Source of the DNA: Limisphaerales bacterium
GTDB taxonomy: Bacteria > Verrucomicrobiota > Verrucomicrobiia > Limisphaerales > SXTU01
Direction: 5' to 3'
DNA length: 64,000 bases
Assembly (NCBI GenBank): GCA_009773355.1
Contig: WRPG01000021.1
Span: forward strand, 2,394-66,393
This document shows positions 58,426 through 64,000 of this stretch, in pieces (within the stretch, counting starts at the first letter, position 1; the number at the start of each line of letters is the position of its first letter). The notes under the pieces are model-generated. The model worked only from the letters and a program-made list of their open reading frames with translations. It was not told the origin of the DNA and did not search any database. The position numbers and the translations under genes are program-made.

Positions 58426-61161
58426 ATGCGCCACGCGGCCCTGCTTCTGTTCGGTTCCCTCGTTCTCACCACCACCATCCAGGCGAAGGACGCCCCGCTC
58501 CGCACGCCGGAGCAGCGCTTCGCCAACCTCGCGAAGGCCGAGGAGCCGAGCTTCCGCCGCCACGTCGTGCCGCTCATCAGCCGCGCGGGCTGCAATGGCC
58601 GCGAGTGCCACGGCTCCTTTCAGGGGCGCGGCGGTTTCCAGCTTTCGCTCTTTGGCTACGACTTCGACAAGGACTTGAAGCAGATGACGGTCAACGCGGA
58701 CGGCGACGAGAAGGAGGTCCGCATCAACCGCGAGCAGCCGGAGAAGAGCCTCCTCCTCACCAAGGGCACCAACGAGGAGCCGCACAAGGGCAAGGAGCGC
58801 TACAAGAAAGGCTCTTGGGAATACAACTTGGTGTTGAAGTGGATTCAGGCCGGCGCGAAGGGGGACGTGGAGGCCACCGGTGACTTTGACCGGCTGGAGG
58901 TCAGCCCCCAGGAGATCGTCTTCAGGAAGGCCGGTGACAAGGTGCAGCTCCGCGTGCTGGCGCATTGGAAGGACGGCATCGTCGAGGACGTGACGCAGCT
59001 CACGCGCTTCCGCTCGAACGACGACTCCGTCTCCACCATCTCGCCGGCCGGCGTGGTCGAGGCGAAGGACAAGGGCGACACCCACATCGTTGCCTTCTAT
59101 GACAACGGCGTTCATCCCATCTCCGTGATGCTCCCGGTGTCGGACAAAGTCGGCCCCAAGTATCCCAAGCTCGCGACCGCCTCGAAAGTGGACGAGCACG
59201 TCGTCAGCAAGCTGGCCAAGCTCGGAGTCATCCCCAGCGAGGTTTGCACGGACACCGAGTTTCTGCGCCGCGTCTCGCTGGACCTGACCGGCACGCTGCC
59301 GACGCCGGACCAAATCACCTCCTTCCTGGGCGACAAGTCCGCCGGCAAGCGCGCGGCCAAGGTGGACGAGCTGCTCAAGACGCCGGCTTACGCCGCGTGG
59401 TGGGCCACGAAGTTGAGCGATTTCCTCGGCAACAACCCGCGCGTGCTGCGCGGCAACGGGCAGAACAACTACGGCGATAAGTTCAGCCGCCAGTGGTATG
59501 ACTGGATGAAGGAGCGCATCGCGAAGAACGAGCCTTACGACCAGATGATGGCGGGCATCATCCTCGCGACGGGGCGCACCAAGCCCGGCCAGACTTACGA
59601 GGAGTTTTCCCGCGAGATGTCCGGCTATTTCCGGGCGGAAAACCCGTTGAACTTCGTCGAGCGTCCGAACATGCCTTACTTCTGGCAGCGGCAGAACCTC
59701 CAGAAGGCGGAGGAGAAGGCGCTGGCGTTTTCACACAGCTTCCTCGGCGTCCGCATCGAGTGCGCGCAGTGTCACAAGCACCCGTTCGACCAGTGGACCC
59801 AGAATGACTTCAAGTCGTTCCAGGCGTTCTTCGAGGGCGTGAGCTACAACGGCAACCGGGGCGGCGGTGGAGGCAAGGGCGCTCCGGAGGTTCCGGGCGA
59901 GACCGTGACTTACGCCAGCCTCACGAAGGAAATCCGCGCCGCCGTCCCGCCCGACCCCAAGGGCGGCAACAACCAGAAGGCGCTCGGCGCGGAGTTCGAG
60001 AAGCGCGTGAAGGCGGGCGAGCCGGCCCCGTGGCAGGAGGTTTATGCGACGGTCCGTGACTCGCGGAAGCTCTCCGAGCGCGAGCTTGAGCAGATGAAGA
60101 AGCGCAACCCGAACTTCGACGGGCGCGTGCTCACCCCCCGCGTCCTCGGCGGCGAGGAAGTGATGCTCAAGGAGTATCCCGACCCGCGCGCGCCGTTGAT
60201 GGAGTGGCTGCGCAGCCCGAAGAATCCCTACTTCGCGAAAGCCTGGGTCAACCGCGTCTGGGCGACTTACTTCCACCGCGGCCTCGTCGAGCCGGCGGAC
60301 GACATGAACCTCGCCAACCCGCCGGTGAACGAGGGCTTGATGGACTATCTCGCCGACGGCTTTGTGAAGAGCGGCTACAACCTGGCCTGGCTGCACAAGG
60401 AGGTTCTGAACAGCGCCACCTACCAGCGCTCTTGGAAGCCGAACGACACGAACAAGAACGACGAGAAGAATTTCAGCCGCTTCGTCATCCGCCGGCTGCC
60501 GGCCGAGGTGGTGGTGGACGGCATCACGCAGGCCACGCTCGGCACTGAACGCATCGCCAGTTTCCGCGACGACATCGAAAGCCGCGCCATCGGCCCGAAC
60601 GCCAATGCCGGTCGCGGCGGCAAGGGCGCGTCGAACTACTCGCTGAACATCTTCGGCAAGCCCGTGCGCGAGACCAACTGCGACTGCGAGCGCACCACCG
60701 ACCCGACGCTCCTCCAGACGCTCTTCACGCGCAACGACCCGGAGTTGCTCAACGCGCTGGAGCAGGCCAAGGGCGGGGCCTTCATCGAGGAAATTCGCAA
60801 GGCGACCGGCGGTTCGTCAGGCCGAAACAAAGGCGACGTGGCCCAGATGGAGCAGCTCGTCCGCAAGCTCGAGTCCAAGCTCAAGGCGAATCCCGACCGC
60901 AAGGAGCTTGCCGCCGAACTGAAGCAGGCGAAGGAGAAGCTAGCGAAGCTGCAGCCGAGTCCTGCCACCGAGAAGAGCACCCCGGCCAAGGCTGACGATT
61001 ACATCACCCAGGTCTTCCTCCGCACCGTCAGCCGGCCGCCGACCGCCTCGGAAATCGAAAAGGCCCGCGCCGACCTCGCCGCCGCGAACTCTCCCGCCGA
61101 GGGCGTCCGCGAGCTGCTCTGGGCCATGCTGAACACCCGCGAGTTCATGGTGAACCACTAG
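58426..61161 (+). CDS. DUF1549 / Ig-like / DUF1553 protein (second copy of the family in the window)
   Basis: Signal peptide MRHAALLLFGSLVLTTTIQA. CNGRECHGS. DUF1549 block FLRRVSLDLTGTLPTPDQI. DUF1553 block CAQCHKHPFDQW. C-terminal LWAMLNTREFMVNH. Confidence 0.88.
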   Translation: MRHAALLLFGSLVLTTTIQAKDAPLRTPEQRFANLAKAEEPSFRRHVVPLISRAGCNGRECHGSFQGRGGFQLSLFGYDFDKDLKQMTVNADGDEKEVRINREQPEKSLLLTKGTNEEPHKGKERYKKGSWEYNLVLKWIQAGAKGDVEATGDFDRLEVSPQEIVFRKAGDKVQLRVLAHWKDGIVEDVTQLTRFRSNDDSVSTISPAGVVEAKDKGDTHIVAFYDNGVHPISVMLPVSDKVGPKYPKLATASKVDEHVVSKLAKLGVIPSEVCTDTEFLRRVSLDLTGTLPTPDQITSFLGDKSAGKRAAKVDELLKTPAYAAWWATKLSDFLGNNPRVLRGNGQNNYGDKFSRQWYDWMKERIAKNEPYDQMMAGIILATGRTKPGQTYEEFSREMSGYFRAENPLNFVERPNMPYFWQRQNLQKAEEKALAFSHSFLGVRIECAQCHKHPFDQWTQNDFKSFQAFFEGVSYNGNRGGGGGKGAPEVPGETVTYASLTKEIRAAVPPDPKGGNNQKALGAEFEKRVKAGEPAPWQEVYATVRDSRKLSERELEQMKKRNPNFDGRVLTPRVLGGEEVMLKEYPDPRAPLMEWLRSPKNPYFAKAWVNRVWATYFHRGLVEPADDMNLANPPVNEGLMDYLADGFVKSGYNLAWLHKEVLNSATYQRSWKPNDTNKNDEKNFSRFVIRRLPAEVVVDGITQATLGTERIASFRDDIESRAIGPNANAGRGGKGASNYSLNIFGKPVRETNCDCERTTDPTLLQTLFTRNDPELLNALEQAKGGAFIEEIRKATGGSSGRNKGDVAQMEQLVRKLESKLKANPDRKELAAELKQAKEKLAKLQPSPATEKSTPAKADDYITQVFLRTVSRPPTASEIEKARADLAAANSPAEGVRELLWAMLNTREFMVNH

Positions 61162-61162
61162 G

Positions 61163-61190
61163 CCTTACGTTTTACGCATTACGGATTACC
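61163..61190. repeat. Single arm of the NNttacg heptamer repeat
   Basis: ccttacg ttttacg cattacg gattacc, starting 2 nt after the TAG stop. No complementary arm nearby. Confidence 0.75.
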
Positions 61191-61221
61191 AGTCAGTCGA
61201 AACCACAAACCCGAAATACAC

Positions 61222-62520
61222 ATGTCCACCCACATCACCTGTGACGGAGTCGCCCGCCGCGACTTCCTGCGTGTCGGTGCCCTCGCCGGCGTCGGCCTGA
61301 GCCTCAGTGACTATTTCGCCTTGAGCAGCCGGGGCGCGATCGGTGAAGCCAAAGGTAAGGCCGCCATCTTCGTGCGCCTCGGCGGCGGCCCCAGCCACAT
61401 GGACACCTTCGACCTCAAGCCTGACGCGCCCGAGACACACCGCGGCGAGTTCAAGCCCATCAAGACCAACGCCGACGGCGTGATGATCTCCGAGCACCTG
61501 CCCAAGCTCGCCAAGTGCGCCGACAAGTTCGCGATCCTGCGCGGCGTCAGCCACACGCTGGCCGCCCATGAGCTGGGCTCGCGTTACATGAACACCGGCA
61601 ACCGCCCGTTGCCCTCGCTCAACTACCCGCACTATGGCGCGGTGGTGTCGAAGGAGCTGCGCGGCACCGAGTATCTGCCCAGCTTCGTCGCCGTGCCGAA
61701 CCTCGGCGAGAGCGCCACCGGCTACCTCGGCGTGGAATACGGCCCGTTCGAGACCGGCAGTGCCCCGCAGCCCGGCAAGGCCGTCGAAGTCCGCGGCCTC
61801 GCCCTGCGCAACGGCGTGACCCTCGAGGACGTGGACCGCCGCCAGAACCTCGTGCAGCGCTACGACAACGCCTTCGGCGAATTCGCCAAGGAGGACAAGC
61901 TTCTCGCCGGCATGGACCAGTTCGGCCAGAAGGCTTACGCGATGATGCGTTCCACCAAGGCGCGCGACGCGTTCGACACCAGCAAGGAGTCCGAGAGCAT
62001 CGTGAGCCTGTTCGGCAAGGACCAGTTCTCGCAGAGCTGCCTGCTCGCCACGCGCCTCATCGAGAGCGGCGTGCGCTTCACCAGCGTCAGCCTCGGCGGC
62101 TGGGACACCCACAGCGACAACTTCAACGCGCTCAAGAACCGCAACCTCCCGACGCTCGACGCCGGCCTGAGCGGCCTGTTCAACGCGCTGGCCGCGAAGG
62201 GCCTGCTCGAAACCACCGCCGTCTTTGTGACCGGCGAGTTCGGCCGGACGCCCAAGGTCAACCAGCGCGGCGGTCGCGACCACTATCCGCGCGCCATGTT
62301 CTGCCTCCTCGGCGGCGGCGGCATCCAGGGCGGCCAGGTCGTCGGCGAGTCCGACGCCAAGGGCGAAGGCCCGAAGGACAAGGCCATCACGCCCGATGAC
62401 GTGGCGGCGACGTTCTACCGCGCGCTGGGCATTGACTCGCGCAAGGAATACAACACCCGCACCGGCCGCCCGATCATGATCGTCCGCAACGGCTCGCCGT
62501 TGAAGGAACTGGTTTCCTGA
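61222..62520 (+). CDS. DUF1501 domain protein (Tat signal)
   Basis: ARRDFLRVGALAGVGLSL; LGGWDTHSDNF; TGEFGRTPKVN. Confidence 0.88.
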   Translation: MSTHITCDGVARRDFLRVGALAGVGLSLSDYFALSSRGAIGEAKGKAAIFVRLGGGPSHMDTFDLKPDAPETHRGEFKPIKTNADGVMISEHLPKLAKCADKFAILRGVSHTLAAHELGSRYMNTGNRPLPSLNYPHYGAVVSKELRGTEYLPSFVAVPNLGESATGYLGVEYGPFETGSAPQPGKAVEVRGLALRNGVTLEDVDRRQNLVQRYDNAFGEFAKEDKLLAGMDQFGQKAYAMMRSTKARDAFDTSKESESIVSLFGKDQFSQSCLLATRLIESGVRFTSVSLGGWDTHSDNFNALKNRNLPTLDAGLSGLFNALAAKGLLETTAVFVTGEFGRTPKVNQRGGRDHYPRAMFCLLGGGGIQGGQVVGESDAKGEGPKDKAITPDDVAATFYRALGIDSRKEYNTRTGRPIMIVRNGSPLKELVS

Positions 62521-62543
62521 CCGGACGGGAAAGATTCTCACGC

Positions 62544-62578
62544 AAAAGCCGCGCGGTTCGCTGCGCGGCTTTTCTTTT
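62544..62578 (+). terminator. Canonical rho-independent terminator
   Basis: aaaagccgcgc - ggttcgct - gcgcggctttt followed by cttttg, 24 nt after the DUF1501 stop. Confidence 0.8.
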
Positions 62579-62640
62579 GCTTCGGGTGGCAACCGCCTCC
62601 GGCGGACCGCGTCGTGGCGTCCCGACCGACGCGAGGTGAA

Positions 62641-62719
62641 CGCGTGATGCGTAAGACGTGAAACGTAAAACGTATGGGTGTTGGGCGTCCGCTTACGTTT
62701 TACGCATTACGCATTACGC
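62641..62719. repeat. cgtaaNN/NNttacg heptamer hairpin
   Basis: cgtgatg cgtaaga cgtgaaa cgtaaaa cgtatgg - spacer - gcttacg ttttacg cattacg cattacg. Confidence 0.85.
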
Positions 62720-62771
62720 TCGCCTGCGCTTTCACCTGTCCGCTCCGCGCGCTAGCTGCTTCACTTCCCCC

Positions 62772-64000
62772 ATGCTTTCGCTGAACGAATTGCTCGGCTC
62801 CGAGCGCATCTACCAAATCCGCTCCAAGGCCCCCGGCCCGGCGGGCAAGCTGCCGCTCGACGCGGACATGCTTTTGCACCAGCCCAGCGGCAATCTCTTC
62901 GGCTGGACGCAGAACGCCGGCATGGGTTGGAACCCCGCCGAGCTGGACCGCAAGCAGTTCCTCATCCTCAGCACCGAGGGCGGCCGCCGCGCGCCGGACG
63001 GCTCGCCCATCGCGCTCGGCTATCACACGGGCCATTGGGAAATCGGCCTGCTCGTCGAGGCGGCGGCGAAGGAGTTCAAGCGCCTGCAAGCCATCCCCTT
63101 CGCCGGCTGCGTCTCCGACCCGTGCGACGGACGCACGCAGGGAACCACCGGCATGTTCGACTCACTGCCGTATCGCAACGACGCCGCCATCGTCTTCCGT
63201 CGCCTCATCCGCTCACTGCCCACGCGCAGCGGAGTGCTTGGTGTCGCGACGTGCGACAAGGGCCTGCCCGCGATGATGATGGCGCTCGCCGGAATGCCCG
63301 ATCTCCCCAGCGTGCTCGTTCCCGGCGGCGTCACGCTGCCTCCGAGCAATGGCGAGGATGCGGGCGCGGTGCAGACGCTCGGGGCGCGCTTCTCGCACGG
63401 ACTCGTCTCGCTCGAAGAAGCGGCGGAACTCGGCTGTCGCGCCTGCGGCACGCCGGGCGGCGGCTGCCAGTTCCTCGGCACAGCAGCCACATCGCAAGTC
63501 GTCGGCGAAGCTCTCGGTCTCTCGCTGCCGCACAGCGCGCTCGCGCCCTCCGGCGAGCCGGTCTGGACGGAACTCGCTGTCAGTTCCGCGCGCGCGCTGG
63601 TCGAACTGGAGCAGCGCGGCCTCAAGTCCCGCGACATCCTCACCGACGCCGCGATTCGCAACGCGATGGTTGTCCATGCGGCCTTCGGCGGCTCGACGAA
63701 CTTGCTTCTCCACATCCCCGCCATCGCGCACGCGGCGGGGCTGCGGCGTCCGACCGTCGAGGACTGGATTGCCGTGAACCGCCAGGTGCCGCGCCTCGTG
63801 AGCGTGCTGCCCAACGGCCCGGTTCACCATCCGACCGTCCGCGTGTTCCTCGCGGGCGGCGTGCCCGAGGTCATGCTGCACCTGCGCCGCCTCGGCCTGC
63901 TCGACACCCGCGTGCTCACCGCCAGCGGCGCGACGCTCGACGAGGTGTTGAACTGGTGGGAAACCAGCGAACGCCGCGCGAAGTTCCGCGAACTCCTCCG
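62772..64000 (+). CDS. IlvD/Edd-family dehydratase of the YjhG/YagF (D-xylonate dehydratase) type; 3' end outside the window
   Basis: Absent from the ORF track because no stop is reached. My translation from ATG 62772 gives [55 protein letters not shown]...[25 protein letters not shown]...[13 protein letters not shown]...[15 protein letters not shown]...[17 protein letters not shown]. This closely tracks E. coli YjhG as I remember it. Confidence 0.85.
   Translation, partial: MLSLNELLGSERIYQIRSKAPGPAGKLPLDADMLLHQPSGNLFGWTQNAGMGWNPAELDRKQFLILSTEGGRRAPDGSPIALGYHTGHWEIGLLVEAAAKEFKRLQAIPFAGCVSDPCDGRTQGTTGMFDSLPYRNDAAIVFRRLIRSLPTRSGVLGVATCDKGLPAMMMALAGMPDLPSVLVPGGVTLPPSNGEDAGAVQTLGARFSHGLVSLEEAAELGCRACGTPGGGCQFLGTAATSQVVGEALGLSLPHSALAPSGEPVWTELAVSSARALVELEQRGLKSRDILTDAAIRNAMVVHAAFGGSTNLLLHIPAIAHAAGLRRPTVEDWIAVNRQVPRLVSVLPNGPVHHPTVRVFLAGGVPEVMLHLRRLGLLDTRVLTASGATLDEVLNWWETSERRAKFRELL

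Noticed and set aside
62700-63881. Minus-strand ORFs 62700..63089, 63023..63814 and 63213..63881.
   Set aside because: They overlap an unlisted plus-strand frame (no stop before the window end) that translates into an unmistakable IlvD/Edd (YjhG-like) dehydratase. The minus-strand products are R/A/S-rich.
1-64000. Prophage, integrative element or IS-bounded genomic island.
   Set aside because: I could recognise no integrase, transposase, recombinase, phage structural gene or tRNA attachment site. The lower-GC genes are single orphans without mobility genes.

Overview
High-GC (by eye mid-60s %) chromosomal window. It looks like a PVC-superphylum bacterium, most likely Verrucomicrobiota, because it holds two PSCyt/DUF1549/DUF1553 + DUF1501 gene pairs and a PSCyt-WD40 protein. 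I support about 45 protein-coding genes. Housekeeping: argB, argD, folC, tlyA, ApbE, two MscS channels, an OmpR/PhoB-type two-component pair and a large hybrid sensor kinase. Secreted or periplasmic: a tricorn-like S41 protease, a TolB-M28-PDZ peptidase, HupE/UreJ and a 1028-aa low-complexity coiled-coil protein. Accessory: a vapBC toxin-antitoxin pair wedged between argB and argD, and three lower-GC orphan genes. I found no rRNA, tRNA, CRISPR array, transposase or integrase. Three signals stand out. (1) There is a dense population of small palindromic and heptamer-periodic repeat elements. They sit at gene boundaries and also, without breaking the frame, inside conserved genes (folC, tlyA, the M28 peptidase and a DUF1549/DUF1553 protein). 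This resembles Rickettsia palindromic elements and cyanobacterial STRR heptamers. (2) A ~95-nt element occurs three times, each copy abutting or overlapping the 3' end of a minus-strand gene. (3) The best candidate for an undescribed system is a two-gene module at 51.9-55.4 kb. It pairs a polytopic protein with a MotA/ExbB-like C-terminal TM bundle and a partner that has a single TM helix containing an Asp, a ~270-aa coiled coil and a beta-rich C-terminal domain. All functional calls come from reading the translations. No searches were run.
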